Assembly: GCF_009914755.1 (NCBI RefSeq)
Contig: NC_060934.1
Source of the DNA: the human T2T-CHM13v2.0 reference genome, Homo sapiens
Length of the DNA: 64,000 nt
Direction: 5' to 3' (one strand)
Shown here: positions 16,178 through 33,984 of the stretch, in pieces
Layout: each line of letters opens with the position of its first letter
Numbering within the stretch: position 1 is the first letter of the stretch
The notes under the pieces: model-generated
Told to the model about the DNA's origin: nothing
The model's database searches: none
What the model saw: only the letters and a program-made list of their open reading frames with translations
Program-made: the position numbers and the translations under genes

Positions 16178-17799
16178 CATGGCTTCTTATTAACCTCTGA
16201 TATATTGTGTCTCTCGTGCTCTGCTACCTGCACTCCTATTTTCTGTTGCTACTTGCGTACTCCAAGTTCAAGAAGAGTGTGTATTGAGCAGGCAATGGTT
16301 GTGCCGATTCTTTATTGGATTTTATCTATGTAACTAAGTTATAATCAGGGATCCTTTAATGCTGATAACATGTGAGCAGTATCTCTTATTATGTTTATAA
16401 GACACAGGTTTGTTTTTGGTGGCTTATCTCTAATGGATCTGATAAAGAAACTTTCCTTATCTCAATAACGTTAAAAAATCACAAAATGATTTTCTGTTTC
16501 TGCTTTAACTAGAGTGGAAACTAACAAGCTCTATTTTTATAAATATTTTCCTAAAATCTGTACTAGTCAGTACCTTCCAAACTTTAGATCAATGTCCCAG
16601 GGAAATATTTTCTTTGTAAAGAACTTAAGAGATTATATAGAATCACAAATTATAGTTTTAGCCAACTCCAGTAGAATATTTTGCTATCTAAACTACTTTT
16701 TCATTTAATTTCCTTGTATTCAGTTCTTGGTGCATATATTGCTTCCAACTTTTAGTTTTCAAGTCTAATGAGCCACTTTACATTTAAAATACTTCTATTA
16801 TATTACATTCATTTAAGCAATCGGAACTTGGCCATTTGAAAAATAACCAGAATTAGTATAGATGAAAGAGTATGTGATTACCTTTTTATTTGGGGCTATG
16901 TCTCCCAAGCAAATAAATCATTTTCTTATATTGTTATATGCTATATATGTTCTTAAGGGTAGTTTTATCAATCTTGGCTATTTAGGAGCAAATTATCACG
17001 AGCCTCTCTAGCTATCAATCTGCCTATTAGATTACCCATCTCTTCTATAATCACATAATACCAACCTTCCTAGCTCATGGCCACATATGGGTAGGAGAGG
17101 CATCTGAGAATTTGGAAATCTAGACAAAAGAAGAACCTTCTTCCTGGTGACAGTGCTATAGCAAGTTAACTATTATGGTTTCTCAAGTTAATAATCTTTA
17201 GAGTTTTAAGGCAGACCACAAAGTCTGCCTGCATGGTTTTCTCCCTTTGTTTTGTAACAGGAGAAAATTCAGTTGAATTCAGTGCAATTTTGTTCCCCGT
17301 GTTTCCAAAATATACAATTCCATTACTAAAATAACCTAGAGGAAACTATAAGTAAGTAAATAATCCCTTCTTATATACCATAAACATTGGTTAAATATAT
17401 CTCTCAGGAACACAGATAACTTTTGTTATATTTTGTATTTCTGGGTAATTCATATTTATAAATATGATACACAAGTTAGACTTTAACAGACATTCATGGT
17501 TTAAACACAATTATTTAGACTGTAGAATATTATGCTTGTGTCTGACAGCTTATCATATGCGTTATGAATATATATATATAGCATTATGCTGGTATATTAC
17601 ATTTTTAACATACTCATTAGTTTGGAGCTAATAAACTTAAGTAGTTCCATTTTCAATATATGTAGGATATACATTAGTTAGACTTTTCTTGAGCCAATGT
17701 TTTAATATTTTACCCTGTTGATTAGGTTGTTTTCTGAAACTATGATTCCTACAATGCCTTTGCCCACTCAAAAAATAAAAAGAAAGAAAGAAAGAAAGA

Positions 17800-18640
17800 A
17801 ACCTATTTAACCATCTCCTATGTGTCTGGCATTGTGCTAAATACTGGAAAGTTAAAAATAAGTAAAACATTGTTCTTGCCCTGAGGAGTATTATACAGTG
17901 ATAGAAATAACCAGGTTATCTGGATATCTAAATGGAATTTTCTGAATATATTTATATACAAAATGGCATGAATGCACAGAAGAACAGGCCATTTCCCCCA
18001 GGTAATATGAGTTCACCAGGTAGAATGAGAAAGGAAGCATCATAATAGACCATGTTGGTTGCATTTAGGAAACAGCAAAGTAGACCTGTGTGGCTGGTGA
18101 GGGAAACATGGAGAGAGGAAGAGACTGAAATAATTTCAAGGGAAAAAAAAAGTTTGTTCATGTTTCTCTTCCATCAGTGAACATTTATTAGGCTAAGTGT
18201 CAGGCATTATTCTAGGATCTAACCAAGATGAAGGCCATGAGAGATGAAGGCTGTGGTTCCACGGGGTTTAACTGTGGGCTCTGTGACAAAAATTAAGGCA
18301 AAGTGATGGAGAGTAATGAGAAACAGGGAAGGAGCAGGTTTTGGTAATTGAGAAAATCAAGTTTTCTTTGTGATGTTAATGTGGCACAGCTATAAGCATT
18401 CAAGAGGAGATGCCAGATAGGAAGTTGAATACGTGGATCTAGAGATCAGGGCAGGACAGAAGCTATAGACATAAATAATGTGAATCACCAGTATATGAGT
18501 GCTATTTAAAGCCATGGGATTGGATGAACACCTAGGGAGATGGAGGGGGATAGAAAAGAGAATGTGGCCCATCTCTGAGGAGAGAAAGTAGCCCAGGACC
18601 CTGGGATATTCCAAGATTTGAGCTTCAAAGCAGGAGCAAA
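17800..18640 (-). mobile_element. L2 fragments
   Basis: CTATGTGTCTGGCATTGTGCTA...; ATTTAAAGCCATGGGATTGGATGA motifs of reverse L2. Confidence 0.7.
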
Positions 18641-18769
18641 GATAGAATGAAAGTATTAAGCCTTGTGTGCACTAACTTGTCTTTTAAAACTCCAGGCCAG
18701 GGTATTCTACGCATTTCCTCCCAACAGAAACAAATTCATGCCTGCCCCTTCTGCAGTTGCAAACAAATA

Positions 18770-19108
18770 CAGTCATACATTACTCAATTACGAGGATATG
18801 TTATGAGAAATATGTCATTAGGCAATTTCATCATTGTGCAAACATCATAGAGTATACTTAAATAAACCTAGTTGGCATAGCCTACTACACACCTAGGCTA
18901 TATGGTATAGCCTACTGCTCATAGGCTATAAACCTGTACAGCAGATTACTGTACTGAATACTATGGACAATTGTAACACAACGGTAAGTATCTGTACATC
19001 TAAACATAGAAAAGGTACAGGAAAACATACAGTATTATAATCTAATGGGACTCCTGTTGTATATGTGATTTGTCCTTAACCAAAATTTTGTTATGCAGCA
19101 CATGACTA
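18770..19108 (+). mobile_element. Tigger3a (MER7A-type) TcMar MITE
   Basis: TA|CAGTCAT...CATGACTA|TA termini; CCTACTACACACCTAGGCTATATGGTATAGCC core. Confidence 0.88.
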
Positions 19109-19132
19109 TACTCCAAATAAGAATTTTCTTAG

Positions 19133-19431
19133 ACGCTGGGCATGGTGGCTCATACCTATAATCCTAGCATTTTGGGAAGCCGAGGCAAGCAGATTGCTTA
19201 AGCTCAGGAGTTGGAGACCATCCCACAGAACATGGCAAAACCCTGTCTCTACAAAAAAGAAAAAAAATTGCCAGGCATGGTGGCATGCACCTGTACTTTC
19301 AGCTACTCGGGAAGCTGAGGTGGGAGGATTGCTTGATCCCAGGAAGTTGAGGCTGCAGTCAGCTGAGAGGGTGCCACTGCACTTCATCCTGGGCAACAGA
19401 GTGAGACCCTGTCTCAAAAAATAAAAAGAAA
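19133..19431 (+). mobile_element. Alu (AluJ)
   Basis: Full dimer; TSD AAGAATTTTCTT. Confidence 0.95.
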
Positions 19432-20349
19432 AAGAATTTTCTTGGAAATTTATATTTAAAATGATGGAAGTCTTATAATCTAGTCTATAATGTCTTGTTT
19501 AATATTAGACTATGTTTAACTAAATTACCATCAGAATTAAAATGTTTCCTACCATGTTTAATTTATAGCTTCAAGTATCCACAAATATTTCTCACACATT
19601 GCTAAGGGGACCCCTACTCCTCCTGAAGAAGAAAGACTCAGCCATGGGGAGCCATTTAGAGGCTTTCAGCATCCTTCCATTCTTACTTGTAATTTCAGAT
19701 TTGCATGACATAATTATTTTATATGGTTTGTTAGTATTTGTGTGGCTGTCCTTCCTCTCTCCTTGAGAATGGAGTTTTCTGGTTTTGATGATGAAGTTCT
19801 TTCTAAGAAGGTGAGGGCTTATTTGCTACTTCAATTTCTGGCACAATGTAAAGTCATTTTTTTTTTCCGATAAAACTTCTATTTACATTTTTAGAGATTT
19901 GTGAAGAAGCATCTTCAATATTTAAATACAACACACTAGGAAAATCTCAAATCTATTCTATTTGTGCCCTACTTATTAAAGTTATTTCACAAAATTTTTT
20001 GATAGCTATAAATAGAAGAATCATCAACAAATAATAACAGGAGCTGTACATAATAGATGTTCAGAGAATGCCCTTGCAGAAGGCTAAAGCTAAAAACACT
20101 AAATTTAAAAAAAAAAAAATACCCCAAATGTCTTTTATAATGCCTGGTTGTTCTGGCAGAAAGTAAAGAAATTCCTCTGAGGCAAAAGCAAAAAAAAAGC
20201 TCCAATGCAAAGGACTAAGTGAAAGTTGGAGCCATCATTTGCTTTAGTGGCCTCTCTCAATCCCCTGTTGCCTAGAGGAGTTTAAAAGACACATTCACTG
20301 ACAATAAGGAAATCTTGAGTCCAAAGAATAGTGGTAACACAATTAAATT

Positions 20350-20500
20350 GGGTGTAGTTCCAGATGCTTGGGGGTCTGAGATGGGAGGATCGCTTGAGCC
20401 TGGGAGATGGAGGTCACGGTGAGCCAAGATCGCGCCACTCCACTTCAGCCTGGGTGACAGAGGGAGGCCCCATCTCAAAAAAACAAACAAAAAGAAACAA
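20350..20500 (+). mobile_element. Alu right-arm fragment (AluJ/FRAM)
   Basis: GGAGGATCGCTTGAGCC...GACAGAG plus A-tail. Confidence 0.85.
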
Positions 20501-20829
20501 AGCCAGTGTTGACACCATCAGGGATGAAGAAAAAGCATACCCGCTTTGCAGTGGGAGACCTTGGAGAAAACTCTTGGCTCACCCTCGAGTCTGGGTGGAG
20601 AAGAATAAAAGAAAGGACTGTACTAAGAACGTCTAACCTCAGGTCTAAAGTTATATTATCATACGACAGGAAAAAAAAAATCCAAAAGCCAAAAATGCTA
20701 TTTAATTTTTCCAGTTTGACCATGTACCCAGCTACCTGGAGGCAGAAAATGAAAATCCTATTGGAAAGAAAGCACTTTGTATGCAGCCATCTAAGAATTC
20801 CAACAGATGAAGGTCCGAAAACATGAGTT

Positions 20830-21140
20830 CCCAATAAAAATTTCACTGAATACATAAGGAAACAAATGACCATGAGTAAGAGGCAGGAAGGGAAAAGAAC
20901 CCCGCTGAATCTGATCTACATAAACTCCCAATATTAGAACTATCAGATACAGAATATAAAATAAATGTATTATATTTTGAAAGAACAGATTCTAGAAATA
21001 TTGAACTGTGGTATTTTAAAAATAGATCTTCTAGAAATGAAAAATGTAATAATTAAAGGTTGTATTTAATTACATAATTATAATTAAAATTCAGAGTAAA
21101 TACAATGAAGAGAAAACTGACAAAATAGAAGGTATACTTT
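20830..21140 (+). mobile_element. Ancient L1M ORF1 5' part (left half of an interrupted element)
   Basis: AATATTAGAACTATCAGATACAGAATATAAAATAA...GAAGAGAAAACTGAC resembles the L1M ORF1 start; continues at ~34251. Confidence 0.55.
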
Positions 21141-21153
21141 AAAAAACAATTTT

Positions 21154-21422
<269 letters not shown>

Positions 21423-23721
21423 TTATGGCAACATAACACGTGATCTAGCCTCTTAACACATTTTTAAGTATACAATACAATATTATTAACTATAGACACA
21501 ACATGTACAGCAGATCTAGAAAATTCGTTCATCTTGCATAACTGAAATGTTACACTCGTTACATAGTAACTCGCCATTTGTCTCTCCCCTCAATCCCAAG
21601 CAACCAGAATTCTACTCTCTGTTTTATGAGCTTGACCATTTTAGATATCTCATATAAGTGGAATCATATGGTATTCTTCCTTCTGTGACTACCTTATTTC
21701 ACTTAGCATAATGTCCTCAAGTTTCATCCATGTCGTGGCACATTACAGGTGATATCTCATTGTGGTTTTGATTGGAATGTCCCTGATGATTAGTGATGCT
21801 GACCATCTTTTAATATTTTAATATACCTACTGGATATTTGTATGTCTCCTTCGGAGTCGTGTCTATTCAAATTCTTAGCCCATTTTTAATCAGATTATTA
21901 GGTTTTTTTGCTATTAAACCGTAGGTGTTCCTTACCTACTTTGGAAAATCCCTTCCCAGCTATATGGGATTCACACATATTTTCTCCCATTCCACAGGTT
22001 GCCTTTTCACTCCATTAATAGCCTCCTTTGCTGTGCAGAAGCCTTTTAGTTTGATGTAGTCCCACTTGTCTATTTTTGTTTTCGTTACCTGTGCTTTTGT
22101 TGTCATTTCCATTAAATCATTGCTGAGGCCAATGTCATGAATCTTTCCCTGTTTTCTTCTAGGAAATTTATAGTTTCAGGTCTTATGTTTAAATTATTGA
22201 TTCATTTTGAGTTGACATTTTTGTACAGTGTATGTTAAGGGTCCAATTTCATTTTGCATGTGGCTATCTAATTTTGCCAACACCATTTGTTGAAGAGATG
22301 GTCCCTTCCCCATTGTGTACCTTAGTACCTTTGTTGAAGATCAGCTAATTGTGTATGCATGGGTTCATTTCTGGGCTTTCAGTTCTGTACCATTTGTCTA
22401 TATGTCTGTCTTTATGCCAGCACCATTCTGTTTTAATTACTGTAGATTTTTAATATATTTTGAAATCAGGAAGTATGATGCCTCCAGCTTTGTTCTTTCT
22501 TCTGAAAATATTTTGGCTATTTAGGATCCTTCATGATTCCATGTGAATTATAGAGTTGTATCTTCTACTTCTGTAAAAAATTTCATTGGAATTTTGATGA
22601 GGATTGCATTGAATCTGTAGATTACTGGGCAGTATGAACACTTTAACAATATTAAGTCTTCCTATTTGTTAACATGGAATAAATTTTCCATTTATTTGTG
22701 TCTTCTTTAATTTCTTTCATTAATGTCTTTAATTTTCAGTGTGCAAATCCTTCACCTCTTAAGTTTATTCTTAAGTATTTTATTCTTTTGGATGCTATTG
22801 TAAATGGGATAAATTTTCTAATTTCCTTTTGCAGTAGTTTGTTAGTGTATAGAAACACAACTTATTTTCATATGTTGATTTTATACCCTGCAGCTTTACT
22901 AAATTCACTTATTAGTTTACCTTTTTTTTCTTAAAGTTTTTAGGATTTTCTAAGGGTGTGTTAGGTAACGTCATCTGCAGAGGAGGATAACTTTACTTTT
23001 TCCTTTATGATGTAGATGCCTTTTTTTTCTTGCCTAATTGCTCTGGCTAGAACTTCCATTACTTTATTGAATAGAAGTAGTAAGAGTGATCATTCTTGTC
23101 TTCCTCCTGATCTTAGAAGAAAAGTTTTCAAGTTTTCACCATTGAGTATGATGTTAGCCATGAGCTTGTCATATATGGCCTTTATTATGTTGAGGTAATT
23201 TTCCTCTATTTCTAGTTTGCTGAGAGTTTTTATCATGAAGGTTTCAATTTTATAATTACATTTTCTGCATCTATTGAGATGAGCATGTGATTTTTAGCCT
23301 TCATTCTGCTGATGTGGTGTATCACATTAATTTATTTTTGTATGCTCCACCATCCTTGCACCCTAGGGATAAATTTCACTTGGTCATGGTGTGTGATCCT
23401 TTTAGTGTGGTGTTGAATTCAGTTCGCTAGTATTTTGTCGGGGGTTGTTTTATCTATGTTCATCAATAATATGGGCCCGCAATTTTCTTTCCTTGTAGTG
23501 TTCTTATGTGGCTTTGGTATGAAGATAATGCTGGTCTCATAAAATGAGTTTGGAAATGTTCTCACTTCCTCAGTTTTTTGGAAGTGTTTGAGGGGGTTAG
23601 AATTAATTCTTTTTTAAATTTTTGGTTGAATTTACCAGTGAACCATCTGGTCCTGAGCTTTTGTTAAGAGGTTTTTGATTACTAATTCAATTTCCTTACT
23701 AGTTATGTCTATGCCAGTTTT

Positions 23722-24013
23722 TTGTTTGTTTGTTTGTTTGTTTTTGAGACGGAGCTCGCTCTGTCACCCAGGCTGAAGTGCAGTGGCGTGATCTTGGCTC
23801 ACTGCAAGCTCTGCCTTTCGGGTTCACGCCATTGTCTTGCCTCAGCCTCCCAAGTAACTGGGACTACAGGCACCCGCCACTGCACCCAGGTTATTTTTTG
23901 TATTTTTAGTAGAGATGGGGTTTCACCATGGTCTCGATCTCCTGACCTCACGATCCGCCCACCTCGGCCTCCCAAAGTGTTGGGATTACAGGCGTGAGCC
24001 ACTGCGCCTGGCC
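23722..24013 (-). mobile_element. Alu (AluY-like)
   Basis: GCAAGCTC...GGGTTCACGCCATT diagnostics; TSD TCTATGCCAGTTTT/TCTATGCGAGTTTT. Confidence 0.92.
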
Positions 24014-24661
24014 TCTATGCGAGTTTTCTATTTCTTCATCACCCAGTCTTGGTAAGCTGTATGTTTCTAGGAATGTATCCATTTCATCTAGGTTATCCAA
24101 TTTGTTGGCATACAGTAGTCTCTTACAATCTATTCATAGTAGTCCCTTATGATCCTTTTTTCCTGTGGCAGCAGGTGTAAGTAATGACTCCTTTTTTATT
24201 TCTGATTGTCTTTGAGTCTTCTCTTTTTTTTCTTAGTCTAGCTAAAGGTGTGTCAATTTTGTCTTTTGCTTCGAAAACTAATTCTTAATCTCATTGATTT
24301 TTTTTCCTATTGTTTTGCTATTCTCTATTCTATTTATTTCTGTTCTAATCTTTATTTCCTTCTTTCTGCCAACTTTTAGACTTAGTTTCTTCTTAATGTA
24401 GGCATTTATCCCTATAAATTTCTCTCTTAGCACTGTTTTTGCTGCATTCCATAGTTTTGGTGTATTGTATTTTCATTTTTGTTGGTTGCAAGATATTTTC
24501 TGATTTCCCTTCTGGTTTTTTCTTTTACTCACTGGTTGTTCAAAAGCATGTAGTTTAATTTCTACATATTTGTGAATTTTCAAATTTTTCTTCTGCTATG
24601 GATTTCTAGTTTCATTTCATTATGGTTGGAAAAGACAGTCTTCCTAAATTTACTAAGACTT

Positions 24662-24985
24662 GGCCAAACACAGTGGATCATACCTGCAGTCCTACTGCTT
24701 TAGGAGGCCAAGGTGGAAGGATTACATGAGGCCAGTAGTTCAATACTAGCCTAGGCAACATAGCAAGACTCTGTTTCTACAAAAAAATTTTTTTATGAGA
24801 TGTGCGTGGTGACACAAGCCTGTAGTCCTAGATACTTGGGAGGCTGAGGCAGGAGGATTATTTGAGCCCCAGAGTTCCAGTTTATAGTGAGCTATGATGG
24901 CACTCCACATCTTTGGTGTCACAAGGATGTCACAGCCTTGTCACAGCTTCGGTGAGAGAGTGAAACCCTGTTTAAAAAAAACAAA
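24662..24985 (+). mobile_element. Alu (AluJ, diverged)
   Basis: Dimeric Alu with a small insertion near the 3' end. Confidence 0.88.
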
Positions 24986-26504
24986 TATACTGACCTTTGT
25001 TTTGTGACCTAACATGTGGTCTCTCCTGAAGAATATTTTATTTGTACTAGAGAAGAATGTGTATTCTGCTGCTATTGTTCTGTATAAGTATTTGGTTCAT
25101 TTGTTGTAAAAGGTTGCTCAAATTCACTGTATCTTTGTAGATTTTCTGTCTGGTTGTTCTATTACTATTGCCATTTTGACAATCATTTTCTGTATGTCTT
25201 ATGGTTCATTTGTCCCTCTTTTCCTCTCTTACTGTCTTTCTTGTGTTTTGTTGATTTTTAAAAAATTAATATGTTTTGATTCCATTCTATTTTTCTTGTG
25301 TGTATTTTTCTTCTGTAGGTATTTTCTTTGTGGTTACCATGAGGTTTACATAAAATATTTAACATTGTAACAGTCTGTTTTAAGCTGATAGCAACCTTAC
25401 TTCAATCACACATAAGACCTCTACACTTTTACTTCTTCTCCCCTCACAATTTATGTTATGGATGTCACAATTTTTATCTATTTATATTGTATATCCATTA
25501 ACATATTTTCAGTTATAGTAAATTTAATAGTGTTGTATTTTAACTTTTATGCTTCAAATACAATGATTTAACCACTAATGTTACAGTAATAACAGTATTC
25601 TCTATTTGACTATATATTTACCTTTACCAGTGATTTTTCTACTTTCTTATGATAATGTGTTACTGTTTAGTGTCCTTTGTTATAAGTTGGAGAACTCTTT
25701 AGTATTTCTTGTAAGGCAGGTAAGCGGTGATAAACTCTCAGCTCTGTATGTCCTGAAAAGTCTTTATCTCTTCTACATTTTTGAAGAACAGTTTTGACCA
25801 GCATAATCTTCTTAGTTGGCAGCATTTTTTCTTTTAGCACTTTGAATATATCATCCCACTCCCTTCTGAATTGCAAGTATTCTGCTGAAAAACCCATTGA
25901 AAATCTTCTCAAAGCTCCCTTGTATGTGACAAGTTTCTTTTCTCTTCCTGCTTTCAAAATTCTTTTTCTCTGACTTTTGACCATTTGATTATAACGTGCC
26001 TTTGTGTATATTTATTTGGGTTTATCTTATTGAGAGTCCTCTGGATTTCCTGGATCTGGATGTCATTTACTTCCTCACATTTGAGAATCTTTCAACCATT
26101 ATTCATTTGAATAAGCTTTCCGATTCTTTCTCCTTCATCTTTATCTGGAACCTCCATGATGCTCATAGTGTGTACTTGACTGGATAATTTCAGATGACTT
26201 GGCTTTGACTTTACTGATTCTTCTGCTTGCTCTTATCTGCTGTCAAACACCAACCTAATGAATTTTTTAGTTTAGTTAATGTATTCTTTTTTTATTATTA
26301 TTATACTTTAAGCTTTAGGGTACATGTGCACAAGGTGCAGGTTTGTTACATATGTATACATGTGCCATGTTGGTGTGCTGCACCCATTAACTCGTCATTT
26401 AGCATTAGGTATATCTCCTAATGCTATCCCTCCCCCCTCCCCCCACCCCACAACCATCCCCAGTGTGTGATGTTCCCCTTCCTGTGTCCATGTGTTCTCA
26501 TTGT

Positions 26505-30332
<3,828 letters not shown>

Positions 30333-30395
30333 TATGATGTTAGCTGGTTATTTTGCTCATTAGTTGATGCAGTTTCTTCCTAGCCTTGACGGTCT

Positions 30396-31412
30396 TTACA
30401 ATTTGGCCTGTTTTTGCAGTGGCTGGTACCAGTTGTTCCTTTCCATGTTTAGTGCTTCCTTCAGGAGCTCTTTTAGGGCAGGCCTGGTGGTGACAAAATC
30501 TCTCAGCATTTGCTTGTCTGTAAAGTATTTTATATCTCCTGCACTTATGAAGCTTAGTTTGGCTGGATATGAAATTCTGGGTTGAAAATTCTTTTCTTTA
30601 ATAATGTTGAATATTGGCCCCCACTCCCTTCTGGCTTGTAGAGTTTCTGCCGAGAGATTATCTGTTAGTCTGATGGGTTTCCCTTTGTGGGTGACCTGAC
30701 CTTCCTCTCTGGCTGCCCTTAACATTTTTTCCTTCATTTCAGTTTTGGTGAATCTGACAATTATGTGTCTTGGAGTTGCTCTTCTCGAGGAGTATCTTTG
30801 TGGCATTCTGTGTATTTCTTGAATTTGAATGTTGGTCTGCCTTGCTAGATTGGGGAAGTTCTCCTGGATAATATCCTGCAGAGTGTTTTCCAACTTGGTT
30901 CCATTCTCCCCGTCAATTTCAGGTACACCAATTAGACGTAGATTTCGTCTTTCCACATAGTCCCATATTTCTTGGAGGCTTTGTTCATTTCTTTTTATTC
31001 TTTTTTCTCTAAACTTCTCTTCACACTTCATTTCATTCATTTTGTCTTCCATCACTGATACCCTTTCTTCCAGTTGATTGCATCAGTTACTGAGGCTTGT
31101 GCATTCGTCACGTAGTTCTCATGCCATGGTTTTCAGCTCCATCAGGTCCTTTAAGGACTTCTCTGCATTGACTATTCTAGTTATCCATTGATCTAATTTT
31201 TTTTCAAAGTTTTTAACTTCTTTGCCATTGGTTTGAACTTCCTTCTTTAGCTTGGAGTAGTTTGATCTTCTGAAGCCTTCCTCTCTCAACTCGTCAAAGT
31301 CATTCCCCATCCAGCTTTGTTCCGTTGCTGGTGAGGAGCTGCGTTCCTTTGGAGGAGGAGAGGCACTCTGATTTTTAGTGTTTCCCGTTTTTCTGCTCTG
31401 TTTTTTCCCCAT
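30396..31412 (-). pseudogene. L1 ORF1, in frame over 1017 nt but with internal TGA stops
   Basis: MGKKQSRK...QKQAKL across ORFs 31119-31412 and 30396-31055 in one frame; stops consistent with CGA>TGA decay. Confidence 0.95.
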
Positions 31413-31987
31413 CTTTGTGATTTTATCTACCTTTTGTCTTTGATGATGGTGACGTACTGATGGGTTTTTGGTATGGATGTCCTTTCTGTTTGTTAGTTTT
31501 CTTTCTAACAGACAGGACCCTCAGCTGCAGGTCTGTTGGAGTTTACTGGAGGTCCACTCCAGACCCTGTTTGCCTGGGTATCAGCAGCGGTGGCTGCAGA
31601 ACAGCGGATATTGGTGAACCGCAAATGCTGCTGCCTGATCGCTCCTCTGGAAGTTTTGTCTCAGAGGAGTACCCGGCCATGGGAGGTGTCAGTCCGCCCC
31701 TACTGGGGGATGCCTCCCAGTTAGGCTACTCGGGGGTCAGGGACCCACTTGAGGAGGCAGTCTGTCCGTTCTCAGATCTCAAGCTGCATGCTGGGAGAAC
31801 CACTACTCTCTTCAAAGCTGTCAGACAGGGACATTTAAGTCTGCAGAGGTTATTGCTGTCTTTTGTTTGTCTGTGCCCTGCCCCCAGAGGTGGAGCCTAC
31901 AGAGGCAGGCAGGCCTCCTTGAGCTGTGGTGGGCTCCACCCAGTTCGAGCTTCCTGGCCACTTTGTTTACCTACTCAAGCCTGAGCA

Positions 31988-32128
31988 ATGGCGGGTGCCC
32001 CTCCCCCAGCCTCACTGCTGCCTTACAGTTTGATCTCAGACTGCTGTGCTAGCAATGAGCGAGGCTCCATGGGTGTAGGACCCTCAGAGCCTTGTGCAGG
32101 ATATAATCTCCTGGTGTGCCGTTTGTGA
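31988..32128 (+). pseudogene. L1 antisense ORF0, truncated (46 aa)
   Basis: MAGAPPPASLLPYSLISDCCASNERGSMGVGPSEP... ending at TGA 32126-32128. Confidence 0.8.
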
Positions 32129-32817
32129 AGCCTGTTGGAAAAGTGCAGTATTAGGGTGGGAGTAACCCAATTTTCCAGTTTCCGTCTGTCACCCCTTTCT
32201 TTGACTAGGAAAGGGAATTCCCTGACCCCTTGTGCTTCCCGGGTGAGGCGATGCCTCGCCTTGCTTCCGCTCATGCATGGTGCACTGCACCCACTGTCCT
32301 GCACCCACTGTCCGGCACTCCCCTGTGAGATGAACCCAGTACCTCTGTTGGAAATGCAGAAATCACCCGTCTTCTGCGTCGCTCACACTGGGAGCTGTAG
32401 ACTGGAGCTGTTTCTATTCAGCCATCTTAGCTCCACACCCTCAGTTATTGTATTCTTCAGCTCCAAGATTTCTGTTTGGTTTTTTCCTTAATTTTTTATA
32501 TCTTTACTTAAATTCTCACTTTGTTTATGTACTGTTCTACTGAGCTCACTGAGCATTTTGGTGACAGTTATTTTGAATTATCTGTCAGATAATTCATATA
32601 TCTCTGTTTCATTAGGATTGGTTTCTCGAATTTTATCTTGTTTCTTAGTTTGAATCATGTTTCTGTTTCTTCATTTTCCTTGACTCTGTTGATATCTATA
32701 AAGTAGAAAAAACTACCACTTTGCCCAGTCTTCATGGACAAGACTGCTACAGAAGAAGATCCTAGCATGACATCAACCCAGCTAAAACCTCTGTTGGCCT
32801 CTCAAATCTTTGTGCTA

Positions 32818-33760
32818 CTCCAAACTGCCATCTTTGTTTTTAGTGGCCCACAGGTGTCCAGAGTATATCAGATCTCATTAGTGTTTTAAGACAGGTGACA
32901 GATAAGACAGTCCCTCAGCACCCAGAGAGGTCAGAAGTTGACTATGCACCCAACTCTTTCCTTCCTCAGGGAGCTGGGAGCTGGAATTTTTTCTGCAGAT
33001 TCTGTGCTGTGCTAGGAGAAGGAGCTATGGGAAGTTTGTGCATACTAGTTTCAACCATCTCCTTTGTTCTCAGTAGCCCTCAGGCATGTAGAATTATCTA
33101 GGTCCCATCAGCATTCTGAGACAAATGAGACAGAAGCCAGTTCCTTAGGCAACCCTCAGAAAAGTTGGAACATTTGACACACAATCCAACTGCTTCCCTC
33201 CACAGGGAAAAACTAGGAGCTGACTTTTTACCCACCTGCTCTGCATTGAGCCAGGGGGCAGAGCTACGGCAAGTGTTCATGGGCTAGTTCAAACCACTGC
33301 CTTTTTTCTCTGGAGTCATCAAAGGCTGAGCATTTGCTGGACCCCAACAGTACTGCAGTACAGGTGAGACAAAAGCCAGTCCTTTAGGTAGCACCGTAGA
33401 GGTTGTAATGTTCGACATGTGGTTCAACTCTTTTCTCTCCAGGGAAAAGCTGAGAAGTGGGTTTTCGTTTTTGTTTTATCTGCTTACTCTATGCTGGACC
33501 AGGCAGAGGAGTTGTAATGAGTGCCTGCTTGCTGATTCAAACTGCCACCTTTGTTCTCTGTAGCCCCAGGTGTCTGGCATAAGGCAGGTCCCATCAGCAC
33601 TCTGAGACAAGTGGAATAGAAGCTTTTCCTTTGGGCAGCACCCAGAAAAGTTGAAATATTGGATGTGTGGTTCAAATCTGCCCCTCCTCCTGAAGAAACT
33701 GGGAGCTAGGAGACATCTCTCAATCAGATAGTGCTGTGCTGGGGGTAGGGGTTATAGAAG
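32818..33760. repeat. Four diverged ~235-245-bp tandem units in the 5' region of the ancient L1
   Basis: Units start at ~32820, 33050, 33288 and 33536 and share TTCAAAC..CC.CTTTGTT...CCCATCAGCA.TCTGAGACA...CCAGT.CCTT.GG...CAACTC...CAGGG..A.CTGGGAGCT. Confidence 0.75.
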
Positions 33761-33984
33761 AGGTTTGCCTCCAATTTTCCCACCAGTTTTAATTTGGCTG
33801 GTTTTACACTTCCAAAGGGTGCAGGAGCCTCTAAACTAGTTCCTGGAATTTTACAAAGGGAATTAATTCATTTATTGCTGTTGAATCAATGTATCCATGA
33901 AGCTAAGAAAAGTCCATTGCTTCCTATACTGTCATCTTACTGATATTACTCCAAGATAAACTTTTAAATTTTTCTTTCTTTCCA

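Noticed and set aside
31460-31984. 174-aa plus-strand ORF
   Set aside because: Antisense reading of the L1 5'UTR, not a host gene
32818-33760. Tandem array read as CRISPR-like or satellite
   Set aside because: Long diverged units with no spacers, embedded in an L1 5' end in primate DNA
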